DNA from: Chiloscyllium plagiosum
Taxonomy: Eukaryota
Assembly: GCF_004010195.1 (NCBI RefSeq)
Contig: NC_057743.1
Coordinates: 26,277,377-26,341,376 of the forward strand
Length of the DNA stretch: 64,000 nt
Reading direction: 5' to 3'
The position numbers and the translations under genes are program-made. Positions 46,601-55,914 of the stretch are shown here, one piece after another. Each line of letters starts with the position of its first letter. Positions within the stretch are counted from its first letter, which is position 1. Below the pieces are notes generated by a model. That model saw nothing but the letters and a program-made list of their open reading frames with translations, did no database searches and was not told the origin of the DNA.

Positions 46601-49307
46601 GAACTAGAGGGCATAGGTTTAGGGTGAGGGGGGAAAAGATATAAAAAAAGACCGAAGGGGCAACTTTTTCACGCAGAGAGTGGTACATGTCTGGAATGAG
46701 CTGCCAGAGGAAGTGGTGGAGGCTAGTACAATTGCAACATTTAAAAGGCATCTGGATGGGTGTATGAATAGAAAAGGTTTGCAGGGATATGGGACAGGTG
46801 CTGGCAGGTGAGACTAGATTGGGTTGGGATATCTGGTCGGCATGGTCAAGTTGGACCGAAGGGTATGCCACGCTGTACATCTCTATGACTATATAAAACA
46901 ATGACTTCTACCTTTTCATCCTCTTCTCTATCTCCCAGCAAGCAATCCAATGAAGTCATGAAGTTAGGCTTGTTTCCACTGGGAAATACACTTGACTCCT
47001 ACTAGACATCTATGCCTACTCAGTCCAGTTGGGAACTTATTACTGGAGCATAGTAAACTTTGGCAAGGTTCTAATTATGTCAAAATACTACGCTTGTATC
47101 CAGAAGAATGTAACCTTACATTTCATTCTGTGCAAAAATAGTAGCTTGCAAACTCACCACTTTTTTGGCAGATTACACACCCTGGATTAACACCCATATG
47201 AATCTGTGCCAGAGTTACCACTTGCTGACAAGGCTCTCTATTCCAAAAAATGTTGCACTAAGACTATCTACAATATAAACAGGTGCCAATATGTCTTTTG
47301 CTATGGGAATCAATTCCTTCCATGTATTTCTATGTCACGTGATATACAGGCTTTAATTATTGAGGCTACTGATTTTTGTCAGCAGCAAAGCAAAGTCTTA
47401 AACCACTGCCCCAGTACTTTTTGGATTTGGCAAAAAGCAATAGTTCTTGGGACTTTTTATATCTTCACATCAGTACACTGTGACAACACACTTCTTGTAT
47501 AATAATTATGCCATTATCAGTAACAAAATTGAAACCTCAATATTTTGGAGAAGTGAAACATATCCAAAAATGGTCACTTTACAGGTACAGCTTATTTCTT
47601 CATGTCCACTTGAAACTGGTTGACCTTCACTCAAAATAATTGCACACTAAATGTGCGCAGCCATCACATCGAAGAGAGTCAATGCTGCTGCCAAGTCAAA
47701 AAGGTTAAAGGACAAATTCTTCAGGCACGGCACTCATATCGCCTAGTATACATTTGAATCCCTTAGTATATAATGCACTTCAATAATAGATCAGACACAT
47801 TGGCAACTGAAGGTTTCGCTGCCAATGATGGCACAATTAACATTGTGTTTCATACTAGACCAGAATTGGAAGAGGACAAAAGTCTTGGTAGTTTGTAAAG
47901 TTGAAAGGTAAGAGTAACAAGAAGATGGGGTACTGGGCTAATGGTCGGATACTTGGTAGTGTGGATGAGCAGAGGGATCTTGGTGTCCATGCACACAGAT
48001 CTCTGAAAGTTGCCACCCAGGTAAATAGTGCTGGCTTTTAGGCATATGGCGTACTGGCTTTTATTGGTAGAGGAATTGAGTTCCGGAGCCCTGAGGTCAT
48101 GTTGCAGTTGTATAAGACTCTGGTGCAGCCGCATCTGGAATATTGTGTGCAGTTTTGGTCGACATACTATAGGAAGGATGTGGAGGCATAGGGGTAGATT
48201 CTTTACTCAGCGAGTCGTGAGTTCATGGAATGCCCTGCCAGTAGCAGTGGTGGACTCTCCCTCTTTATGGGCATTTAAACAGGCATTGGATAGGCATATG
48301 GAGGATAGTGGGCTAGTGTAGGTTAGGTGGGCTTGGATCGGCACAACATCGAGGGCCAAAGGGCCTGTACTGATGTATTTTTCTATGTTCTATAGCTAGC
48401 AAAAGGAACAATCTGAGTAGAAGAGAGAGATTCTTAAAAGAGGCATTACCAGATTAGATGCTAATGTAGCTCAAAGTGCAGAACAGATCAGCAAGCAGGA
48501 GTTGGTCAGATGGTCTGTCGAGTTTAGGGTGAGCTCAAATGTAGAGGATGGTACATAGTTGACTGGCGAGTTTGGAGAAGACAACCTTGAATATCAAAAT
48601 TTCTGCGGCACACACTTTAATCAAGAGGGAGAATTGGCTGATATTACGGAACGAGAAGTAGTCGATCTTGATGAAGATGTGAACAGGGGTTACAAGCTCA
48701 GCTCTGGGTCAACCTGGACAGCAAGGTTACCGACAGCCGGGTTCAGAAGCAATGGCCGGGGAAACTTAATTAGCCTGAGGTTGCACGGTCCTTAAACTGG
48801 ACAGATGCCAGTTTCGTTATGTCATACCTTCACAAGGACAAAACCCAACTGTCGTGTCTGCGTTTACCCACAAATCAAGTGGATTAAGTGTAAAATTTTC
48901 AAACAGATCGTGAGATAGTTGGGGAAAAATAAAAAGTCCATGCACTATTGAGTTATTTATAATAATTGAACAGCCTGATTAATAATTAAAATAGGCTTCT
49001 ACATTAATATTCAGGTTTGCTCTATACACATATGAATGTGTTGTATTACACGGCGGATCGCACGGTGTTAGTTAAGGCCGTGCCGCACGTTAACTGAAAT
49101 CCGCCAGGCGCCCGCGGTCACCAACGACAAAGCAGCAACTGACGACGAGATTGCCACCTCCTCCTCCCGCGACATGCCCTTCACTAAATCAGCCACAAAA
49201 TAAACCGAGCGCGGTAACGACAACCACCCCCTCACCTCCCTCCTGACGTTCAGAAGTGCGTAAAAGTCATCGTTATTAATCTCTTCATCCACCAAGGCCG
49301 CCGCCAT
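4643..49307 (-). CDS. DNAJC11: DnaJ homolog subfamily C member 11, complete 16-exon gene (spliced CDS 1677 nt, 558 aa)
   Basis: Sixteen exons join in frame from [24 protein letters not shown], through a J-domain with HPD, to ...LRIPKQSHRIDTDG*. This is co-linear with vertebrate DNAJC11 as recalled. All introns are GT-AG except intron 2 (GC-AG). Confidence 0.98.
4981..5779. repeat. 179-bp inverted repeat (4981-5159 / 5601-5779, 178/179 identical) in DNAJC11 intron 15
   Basis: Base-by-base comparison; single mismatch at 5013/5747; 441-bp spacer. Confidence 0.97.
5806..5935 (-). CDS. DNAJC11: DNAJC11 exon 15 (130 nt)
   Basis: ttacag|[43 protein letters not shown](S)|gtgagt. Confidence 0.97.
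6958..7251 (-). mobile_element. Internally deleted Penelope-like element, family D: GIY-YIG motif plus hammerhead, 10-bp TSD
   Basis: Minus strand encodes [34 protein letters not shown]; TSD taaatataac at 6948-6957 and 7252-7261. Confidence 0.88.
7034..7073 (-). ncRNA. Minimal type I hammerhead ribozyme motif (PLE-type)
   Basis: GCA-CUGAGGA-U-GUC[ACCUAGACAGGG]GAC-GAAA-C-GUU^UGC; core intact, stem I GCA/UGC, palindromic AACGUU in place of stem III. Confidence 0.75.
7828..7932 (+). mobile_element. Single-arm hammerhead cassette, family A, 14-bp TSD
   Basis: cattcCTGATGAagggcttttaaccGAAA...; TSD ataagtatgaaatt at 7814-7827 and 7933-7946. Confidence 0.82.
7947..8176 (-). mobile_element. HE1-type tRNA-derived SINE (internally deleted)
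   Basis: tRNA-like A/B boxes (tggcacagtgg, gggttcaattccc), central domain, (tctaa)n tail. Confidence 0.88.
8300..8530 (+). mobile_element. HE1-type SINE, 5'-truncated
   Basis: Central and 3' parts homologous to 21299-21617. Confidence 0.8.
9580..9722 (-). CDS. DNAJC11: DNAJC11 exon 14 (143 nt)
   Basis: ctcag|[47 protein letters not shown]|gtgagg. Confidence 0.97.
10388..10606. mobile_element. Palindromic Penelope-derived hammerhead cassette, family A, 14-bp TSD
   Basis: ~88-bp inverted arms; TSD tattcactattttg at 10374-10387 and 10607-10620; both cores broken at the centre. Confidence 0.88.
10853..10910 (-). CDS. DNAJC11: DNAJC11 exon 13 (58 nt)
   Basis: ttttaag|[19 protein letters not shown](G)|gtcaga. 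Confidence 0.95.
11055..11645 (-). mobile_element. CR1 LINE RT fragment
   Basis: ORF 11307-11591: [14 protein letters not shown]...[16 protein letters not shown]. Confidence 0.85.
12300..12369 (-). CDS. DNAJC11: DNAJC11 exon 12 (70 nt)
   Basis: gtgacag|[23 protein letters not shown]|gtaagt. Confidence 0.95.
12725..13125 (-). mobile_element. CR1/HER1 LINE 3' end
   Basis: Reverse complement of ORF2 end and tail. Confidence 0.8.
14365..14520 (-). CDS. DNAJC11: DNAJC11 exon 11 (156 nt)
   Basis: ctccag|[51 protein letters not shown](K)|gtgagt. Confidence 0.97.
14720..15420 (-). mobile_element. Ancient L2-like LINE remnant
   Basis: Purine-rich reverse of a decayed L2-type ORF2 3' part; similar pieces on + at about 62990-63790. 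Confidence 0.45.
15940..16890. mobile_element. CR1 LINE with inverted architecture (3' tail on -, internal part on +)
   Basis: 15940-16043 is the reverse of the tail; 16044-16890 is forward RT C-terminus ([10 protein letters not shown]...[17 protein letters not shown]). Confidence 0.85.
16409..16503 (-). mobile_element. Single-arm hammerhead cassette, family A (degenerate), inside CR1
   Basis: Reverse complement ccTGATGAagggcttatgtcc...; TSD aattc(t/c)ggtt at 16399-16408 and 16504-16513. Confidence 0.8.
17135..18060 (+). mobile_element. Possible solo LTR
   Basis: TG...CA ends, TATAAAAG near 17258, AATAAA at 17891; no convincing TSD. Confidence 0.35.
18243..18359 (-). CDS. DNAJC11: DNAJC11 exon 10 (117 nt)
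   Basis: ctgcag|[38 protein letters not shown](K)|gtatgt. Confidence 0.96.
18818..18903 (-). CDS. DNAJC11: DNAJC11 exon 9 (86 nt)
   Basis: ttacag|[28 protein letters not shown](K)|gtaagc. Confidence 0.96.
19860..21298 (-). mobile_element. Degraded non-LTR retrotransposon (same family as 32880-35210 and 57775-59150) with a SINE-like insert at about 20650-20940
   Basis: Shared blocks such as ggcagattggt..ggatgag.tcaa.tatgttttgccc recur at about 58490. Confidence 0.65.
21299..21617 (+). mobile_element. HE1-type SINE, near full length
   Basis: A/B boxes, central domain, (aatct)n tail. Confidence 0.9.
21977..22166 (-). CDS. DNAJC11: DNAJC11 exon 8 (190 nt)
   Basis: gatacag|[63 protein letters not shown]|gtaatg. 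Confidence 0.97.
23778..24343 (+). mobile_element. CR1/HER1 LINE 3' fragment
   Basis: [16 protein letters not shown] through to the ctctatgactcta tail. Confidence 0.88.
24488..24817 (-). mobile_element. HE1-type SINE
   Basis: gggcggcatggtggctcagtggttagcactgctgcctcacag head on the minus strand. Confidence 0.85.
25028..25101 (-). CDS. DNAJC11: DNAJC11 exon 7 (74 nt)
   Basis: ttgacag|[24 protein letters not shown](S)|gtaggt; not in the ORF track, read by hand. Confidence 0.95.
25204..26010 (-). mobile_element. Rex1/Babar-like LINE 3' fragment
   Basis: [23 protein letters not shown]...[22 protein letters not shown]...HLYFLRR; aataaatcaaatcaa tail. Confidence 0.8.
27230..27352 (-). CDS. DNAJC11: DNAJC11 exon 6 (123 nt)
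   Basis: tcgcag|[41 protein letters not shown]|gtaagg. Confidence 0.97.
28303..28428 (-). CDS. DNAJC11: DNAJC11 exon 5 (126 nt)
   Basis: ttgcag|[42 protein letters not shown]|gtaggt. Confidence 0.95.
29034..29135 (-). CDS. DNAJC11: DNAJC11 exon 4 (102 nt)
   Basis: tacag|[34 protein letters not shown]|gtacac. Confidence 0.97.
30171..30244 (-). CDS. DNAJC11: DNAJC11 exon 3 (74 nt)
   Basis: ttaacag|(V)[24 protein letters not shown]|gtaagc. Confidence 0.97.
30707..31350 (+). mobile_element. Possible solo LTR in intron 2
   Basis: tgttac... start, ...cccataaca end, AATAAA near 31291, short internal direct repeats (cacaagatggc..ctgagccat); TSD not found. Confidence 0.35.
31421..31550 (-). CDS. 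DNAJC11: DNAJC11 exon 2 (130 nt), J-domain HPD motif
   Basis: ttttttgcag|[43 protein letters not shown]; donor AAG|gcaagt (GC). Confidence 0.96.
32880..35210 (+). mobile_element. Degraded LINE ORF2 and 3' end, interrupted by SINEs
   Basis: [20 protein letters not shown] and MFADDCT RT motifs. Confidence 0.7.
33745..34066 (-). mobile_element. HE1-type SINE, full length and young
   Basis: Intact head with CpGs retained, (tctaa)n tail, short gagat flanking duplication. Confidence 0.92.
38428..38548 (-). mobile_element. Single-arm hammerhead cassette, family A, intact core, 11-bp TSD
   Basis: Minus strand: uauuc-CUGAUGA-A-GGGC-UUAU-GCCC-GAAA-C-GUC^GAUU; TSD tggagaaaatg at 38417-38427 and 38549-38559. 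Confidence 0.85.
39151..39240 (+). mobile_element. Single-arm hammerhead cassette, family A, intact core, 8-bp TSD
   Basis: CTGAAGA-A-GGGC-TTAT-GCCC-GAAA-C-GTC; TSD taccgttc at 39143-39150 and 39241-39248. Confidence 0.85.
40335..40640. mobile_element. Old SINE-like repeat (related copies at about 1310, 20650, 21640, 32690, 59160)
   Basis: Recurrent block gggcagttaa.agtcaaccatattg...ctggagtca.at.taggccagaccagg...ggacattagtgaacca. Confidence 0.65.
41650..42350 (+). mobile_element. Ancient RTE-like LINE remnant
   Basis: Decayed FR-DG-LF-L...MKA pattern typical of RTE RT; very diverged. Confidence 0.35.
43619..43839. mobile_element. Palindromic Penelope-derived hammerhead cassette, family A, 14-bp TSD
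   Basis: Inverted arms; cattcCTGATGAagg.ttttgcctGAAA on +; TSD aatacttta(c/g)tcta at 43605-43618 and 43840-43853. Confidence 0.88.
44262..46890 (+). mobile_element. ~2.6-kb CR1/HER1 LINE (ORF2 with internal EN deletion, full 3' tail)
   Basis: [14 protein letters not shown]...[35 protein letters not shown]; ctctatgacta tail. Confidence 0.94.
47900..48395 (+). mobile_element. CR1 LINE 3' fragment, internally deleted
   Basis: [14 protein letters not shown] and [14 protein letters not shown] motifs; ttctatgttcta tail. Confidence 0.85.
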
Positions 49308-49500
49308 TGTCACCTTTCACCCCGTAGCGGGGCACCGGCTTCTCGCCAGGCCCCGGCTGCCGAGGAGGGAACGATTCACCAAGAGATTCCCTCTCCTTTC
49401 ATACGGCACAACTCCTTTGTGCTGCCCTCTGCTGGCCTGGGAGGACTTTGGTGTGGGGTGTGGGGTGTGAACCCAATCAAACAGGAAATGACGTCCCAGA
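49050..49500 (-). promoter_or_regulatory. CpG-rich promoter/first-exon region of DNAJC11
   Basis: Only markedly CpG-dense non-repeat stretch in the window. Contains CCAAT at 49473-49477 and an ETS/CRE-like CAGGAAATGACGTC at 49482-49495. Confidence 0.75.
49236..49307 (-). CDS. DNAJC11: DNAJC11 coding exon 1 (72 nt)
   Basis: ATG at 49307-49305; [24 protein letters not shown]; donor GAG|gtgagg. Confidence 0.96.
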
Positions 49501-50217
49501 AGCGAGAGTTTGGACCTTTAAGACTTTGTAATGGCACATTTCAGGTCGTCAAAACACCTCGTATATCAAATAAACGCTGGAAATGGTCAGCAAGCCTGGT
49601 AGCATTTATGGAAAGAGAAAGGAGAACTGATTCTGACGGAAACTAGATGGATTGCCTCCTTAGTTTTACATGCGGCGGTGGCAGCTAAAAAGCCTTACTG
49701 TAGGCCCCAGTTTGCTCACAACCACCCAACTGGATCAATCGGCCCAAGAATATTGGTTGTTTCTGAGGCAGGGATTTGCAGTGCAGAACAAGTATACATA
49801 TAATTTTAAACAAACATAAATAGGTACCTAATGGAAGAAAACTCCACCTGCAAAATTTCCCCTGCCAGTCATGCACATAAAAAAAGCTCTGGCTGTAATT
49901 GAGAAACCGATTCCATTTAACTTCTGTACGTGTTGGGTTTTGATATGCTATTATCAAAGGGCCTGCAGCACCATAAAAAGGTCAGTAATGGATATAATTC
50001 ATGTAAACTGGTGCCCAGCTACTTCACTTGGGCAGCCTATCTGATTATGCTGCTGTCATTAGTAAAATTTCCCAACCATGGGATACAGTTGGAGAACCAT
50101 TATAGTTCCTCATGATTTTCCCAATAATACACAGCCTGTCTCGCCCCAGGCTCTGTTCCCACCTCCTGGGGACTGGTAAAATTCTGCCCAAAGATAGTGG
50201 TAGGGAAACAGAATTTG

Positions 50218-50258
50218 TCCTGGAGGCTTAGTCTCCTGGAGGCTTAGTCTCCTGGAGG
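50218..50258. repeat. Short tandem repeat, 16-bp unit (tcctggaggcttagtc) about 2.5 copies
   Basis: Seen directly. Confidence 0.9.
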
Positions 50259-50719
50259 AATTTGTGACCTACTACTCGGACTGCAGAGAGACAGCAAGGG
50301 GTTTCAAAACTATTATGGAAAAGGAAAGCTGAGTATCACCATGTGAGATGTGACCCCATGCTAACAGGTAATGAAGCCCGTACATGCCCAATCCCCGTTG
50401 GGATATTCTAAAGTCTCTTCACATTTCTTCATTGAAAGCAGATTTGAATAGCCCCTGTACACCACGACCTTTCTTCCCTGTTGGGGTTGTTCTCACTTTT
50501 AACAATTTCTCCTTCAACTCGTCACATTTCCTCCAAGTCAGTGTTGTATCTTAGTTATGACTGTCTCTTTAAGGGGTATGTGGAATATTCAGTGTCATAG
50601 AGATGTCCCACAACTCTATCTGGTGCACTAATCACATCAAAACCAATTAACTCTGGACCTCAGCAGAAAACAGCACAGATTACAATGTTGCTTCCTGCTG
50701 TCATGTAGAATTAGTTCGT

Positions 50720-51860
50720 TTTACTTTCAATTTCCATTCTTCCCTTCACCTGGTCCATCTCTGACTCTTCCTTGACTCCTCTTCCTATTTTTGAGGATCA
50801 ACTGTCCACCAATATCCACTACAAACCCACTGGCTCCCCCAGTCACCTTGACTACAGTTCCTCTCAATAAGGACTCTGTCTGGACCCACTTCTGCTCCCT
50901 GCCAGAATAATGATAGGGTCCTTCTTGTCCTCAATTTCCACCCCACCCGCCTCTGCATTCAAAGGATCATCCTCTGCTATTTCATAACCTCCAGCAGGAT
51001 GGCACCACCAAACACATCTTCGCTTCTTCACTGTCAGCATTTCGCAAGGACCAATCTCTTCTTGACACCAAGTCCACTCTGTTGTCACTCCTAACACTTC
51101 CTCATCCCTGCCCATGACATCTTCTCATGCAATTACAGAAGGTGTAACACTTGCCCTTATTTCTTCCCCCTCCTCACTGTCCAAGGCCCCAAACACATCT
51201 TCCAGCTGAAACTGCAGTTTAGTTGAACTTCTAACAATCCAGTTAACTGTATACGTTGCTTATGATGCAATCTCCTGTACATCAGCAAGACCCAAATGCA
51301 GATTGGGGGACTGCTGTCTGGAACTCCTCTGATCTGTTTGTAAGAACAACCCTGACCTTCTACTCGCTTGCAGTTTCAATACACCACCTTGCTCTCATAC
51401 CAACAGGTACATCCTATGCCTGCTGTAGTGTTCCTATGAGGCTCAGTTCCCTGAAAAGCAACACCTCATTTCTACTTAGGCACTGTACAGCCTTCAGGAC
51501 CCAATGTTGAGTTCAACAACTTAAGAACATGAATGCTGTGCTCCATTTGTGATTACATTTGTAATAGGTTTGCTGTTGGCAAAACTGAACCTATTTTCTG
51601 CTTTTCATACCTGCCATCGACACCTGTTTTGCATCTATTTAAACTTTACCATCATTAATACTCTTATTTTGATTATCCCTCTGGGCAGCCTCACCATCTG
51701 ATCCACTCCTTCCTCCTCTCTCTTTGATAGCAGCATCAAATAAAAGCCATCATTTTCCAGCTCATTTCAGTTCCTTAGGAAGAGACATACTGGATCTTTG
51801 TTTTTATCTCCATGGATGCTGCCAGACATGCTGTGTTTCTGCAGTACTTTTTATTCTTCA
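50720..51860 (+). mobile_element. Degraded Penelope-like element (RT thumb, Cys linker, GIY-YIG, 3'UTR)
   Basis: FTWSISDSSL, STNIHYKPT.S..LDYSSS and CNYRRCNTCPY...QGPKHIFQ motifs; decayed family-C tail at about 51770-51850. Confidence 0.8.
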
Positions 51861-51987
51861 GCTGATGTTATTGAGTGACAAGATATAGATAAAATAAGAG
51901 GAGCTAAGGATAAATATTTGGGAGAACTCTTGAACTAATATAATGGAAGAAGACAGAGACGTTATTTTTGGGGGTACATGACCCACG

Positions 51988-52863
51988 CTATAATAACTTA
52001 CTTTATTCATTTGTGAGATATGGGTGTCACTGGCTAGGCCGGCATTTATTGCCTGTCCCCAGCTGCCCTTAAGAAGGACTTGGTGAGCTGCCCTTTTGAA
52101 CTGCTGCAGTCCATGTCTCATAGGTTGACCCCTTAGGGAGGGAATTCCAGTACTTTGACCCAACAACGCTGAAGGAATGGCAATATATTCTGAGTCAGGA
52201 TGGTGAGTGACTTGCAGCAGAACTTGCAGGTGGTGGTGTTCCCATTTATCTGCTAACTTGGCCTTTCTAGATGGAAGTAGTCATGGGTGTGGAATTTGTT
52301 GTTCCAGGATTTTTGATTAATTTCTACATTGCATCTTATAACTAGTGCACTGTGCTGCTACTGAGCATCAGTTGACTGGATGGTTATGGATATGGTGCCA
52401 ATCACAGGCTGCTTTGTTCTGGATTGTGTCAAGCTTCCTGAGTGTTTTTGGAGCTGCATCCATCTGGGCACGTGGGGAATATTCCATCATACTTCTGACT
52501 TGTGCCTTGTAGATGATAGGCTTTAGAGAGTCAGGAGGTGAGTTACTTGCTGCAGTATTCCTAGCTTCTGACCTGCTCTTGTAGCTATTGTGTCTATGTG
52601 GCAAGTTCAGTTAAGTTTCTGGTCAGTGGTAACCCAAAGGATGTTCAGAGATGTTCCGTGATGGTAAAACAATTGAATTTCAAGCGGCTGTGGTTAGATT
52701 GTCTCTTATTAGAGATGGTCATTGCCTGGCATTTGGGTGGCACATATGTTACTTCCCATTTGTTAGGCCAAGTCCTTCTTAAGGGCAGCTGGGGACAGGC
52801 AATAAATGCCAGCCTAGCCAGTGACACCCATATCTCACAAATGAATAAAGTAAGTTATTATAG
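51988..52863. repeat. 96-bp inverted repeat (51988-52083 / 52768-52863, 95/96 identical)
   Basis: Base-by-base comparison; single mismatch at 52040/52811. Confidence 0.95.
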
Positions 52864-52930
52864 TATCTTTAGTATCTGAGGAATCGTGAATGGTGCTGAA
52901 TATAGTGTGATCACTGATGAACATCCTGTT
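52000..52930 (-). mobile_element. LINE 3' fragment (same family as 32880-35210)
   Basis: IYKAQVRSMMEYSP...LDTIQNKAAC and KWEVTYVPPKCQAMTISNKR. Confidence 0.8.
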
Positions 52931-53227
52931 TCTCACCAACCTGGTGCAAGGTAGTGGCAGAGTAACAGGGCTACATACGAGCTCTAGCACGAGGCCCACC
53001 CTCTTTCCTTCTTTGTTTTACTTTTGCTTCTGCTCTTTGACTTTATTTTCCTTTTGTTCTTTTGTTTCTTTTTTTCTGTGGCGGGTTGGTCGGTAGCATT
53101 GGTGTGGCAGCGAGAGAGGGCTGGATGTGAAATGGCAGACGTGGTTTGTCCCAGTCATAGGAGGCAGTGGCAGCAAGTTCATTCTCCTGCCACTTGGGGC
53201 CTATGGCTGTGGCAGCGGGGTCATTCT

Positions 53228-54330
53228 GATTGATTTGATTTATTGTCACATGTACCTAAGTTTAGTGTAAAGTTTTGTTTGCAAGCAGTACAGGTCATAG
53301 TAAGCAAGGACATCCAGATTATAGGGTGAAAAAAAAATGGACAGAGTGAGGCACACAGGCTACATTGCACAACGCAAGAAAAACATTAACAAAATCAACA
53401 TTATTTGAAGTTGGAGAGTGTGTTCATCAGTTTAATAACAACAAGGAAAAAGCTGATCTGAGGCCTGCTGGTGTGTGTGCATGCTTCTGTATCTTCTGCC
53501 TGACAGAAGTGGTTCTAGGAGAACATTACCAGGATGGGATGGGTCTTTGATGATGTTGTCAGCCTTTCCGCAGCAATGAGTGGTATACTTGGAGTCCATG
53601 ATGGATGGTCTGGGCTGTGTGCACACAACCAAGTTTTACAGTCCTTGGCAGAGCTGATGTCATACCAGGGCGTTATGCACCAAACAATATGCTTTATATG
53701 GTGCACCTGTAAAAGTTGGTGAGGTACTTATGGACATGCCAAATTTCCTGAGCTGCCTGAGGAAGAGGAGGCATCATTGTGCCTTCTTGACCATTGCACC
53801 TGTGTGGGAAATCCAGGACAGGTTGTCAGGTATCATCACTCGTCGGGACTAAATGCTCTCAACCCTCTCAACCTCTGCTGTGTTGATATAAATGGGGGCG
53901 TGTGCTTCTCCTTTCTTTCTGAAGTCAATGATCAGTTCTTTTGATTTCCTGACGTAGAGAGTGTTAGCATTGTACCATGTCACCAAGCCTTCTACCTCCT
54001 TTATGTATTCTGATGCATCATTGTTTGATATCCGTCCTACCACGGTGATGTCGTCGGCAAACTTGTAGAGTACAGTAGGGGGCTGAGAACGCATCCAGTG
54101 CTCCAGTGTTGAATGTTATCGTGGAGGAAGTGCAGTTGTCTTATCTACACTGATTGTGGTCTATGGGTCAGAAAGCTGAGAATCTGGTTGCAGAGGGTGG
54201 AGCCGAGACCTATGTCTCAGAGTTTTGAGTTTATTCTGGAGGGGATAATGGTGTTGAAGGCAGAGCTGTATTAATGAGCAAGAGTTTGATGTATATGTCC
54301 TTGTTGTCCAGATGGTCCAGGGATGTGGGT
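53228..54330 (-). mobile_element. Rex1/Babar-like LINE fragment
   Basis: YKFADDITVVGRISNNDASEY...KELIIDFRK; aataaatcaaatcaatc tail. Confidence 0.82.
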
Positions 54331-54611
54331 TCACTAGCATCCTGCAGTGAAGAGATGGTACTTAAAGTGGGGCAACTCCTATGCTGGTGGGTCTGGTGCA
54401 GGCAGTGTCAAGGCAGTGGAAGTCTCCCTTGAGGCTGAGTGCCATCTTGGACTGGGGTCAGAAAGATTGATATTCTGAAATTTTCACTTCTTTATCTTTC
54501 TGATTTATTCCTATGACTTGTAATGCTGGACTGCTTATTTCTTTATTTGCCTAATTTCTTTTATTTCCTAAGAATTTGATCTTGAGTATCTGTACCTAGA
54601 CACCTTTGTAC

Positions 54612-55906
54612 CACCTGCCAGCACCTGGCCCATATCCCTCCAAACCTTTCCTATTCATATGCCCATCCAAATGCCTTTTAAATGTTGCAATTCTACTAGC
54701 CTCCATGACTTCCCCTGGCAGCTCATTCCATACACGTACCACCTTGGGTCTCTTTTATATCTTCTCCCTCTCACCCTAAAACTATGCCCTCTAGTTCTGG
54801 ACTCCCCCACCCCAGGGAAGAGACTTTGTCTATTTATCCTATCCATGCCCCTCATGATTTTATAAGCCTCTATAAGGTCATCCCTCAGCCTCTGATGCTC
54901 CAGGGAAAATGGCCCCAGCCTATTCAAACTCTCCCCATTGCTCGAATTTTCCAACCCTGGCAACATCCTTGTAAAACTTTTCTGAACCCTTTCAAGTTTC
55001 TTGACATCTTTCCGATAGGAATGAGACCAGAATTGCACGCAGTATTCCAAAAGTGGCCTAACCTGTACAGTACAGCTGCAACATGACCTCCCAACTCCTG
55101 TACTCAATACTCTGACCAATAAAGGAAAGCAGACCAAACGCCTGTTTCACTATCCTATCTACTTGCGACTCCGCTTTCAAGGAGCTATGAACCTGCACTC
55201 CAAGATCTCTTGTTCATCAACACTCCCTTGGACCTTACCATTAAGTGTATAAGTCCTGCTAAGGTTTGCTTTCCCAAAATGCAGCACCTCACATTTATCT
55301 AAATTAAACTCCATCTGCCACTTCTCAGCCCACTGACCCATCTGATCAAGATCCTGTTGTAATCTGAGGTAACCTTCTTCGCTGTCCACTACACTCCAAT
55401 TTTGGTGTCATCTGCAAACTTACTAACTATGCTGCTTATGCTTACATCCAAATCATTTATATAAATGATGAAAAGTAGTGGACCCAGCGCCGATTCTTGT
55501 GGCACTCCACTGGTCACAGGCCTCCAGTCTGTAAAACACGCCCTACACCACCACTCTCTGTCTTCTACCTTCGAGCCAGTTCATTATCCAAATGGCTAGT
55601 TCTCCCTGTATTACATGAGATCTAACCTTGCTAACCAGACTCCCATGGGGAACCTTGTTGAATGCCTTACTGAAGTCCATATAGATCACATCTACCGCTC
55701 TGCCCTCATCAATCCACTTCGTTACTTCTTCAAAAAACTCAATCAAATTTGTGAGACATAATTTCCCACGCGCAAAACCATGTTGACTATCCCTAATCAG
55801 TCCTTACCTTTCCAAATACATGTACATTCTGTCCCTCAGGATTCCCTCCAACGAATTGCCCACCACCGACATCAGGCTCACTGGTCTATAGTTCCCTGGC
55901 TTGTCA
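54612..55906 (-). mobile_element. CR1/HER1 LINE RT to 3' end
   Basis: [53 protein letters not shown]. Confidence 0.93.
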
Positions 55907-55914
55907 CAGAGTTC

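Noticed and set aside
49308-49313. Upstream GTG start giving MTMAAA... in the ORF track
   Set aside because: The ATG at 49307 has good Kozak context (acaATGg) and matches the orthologous N-terminus.
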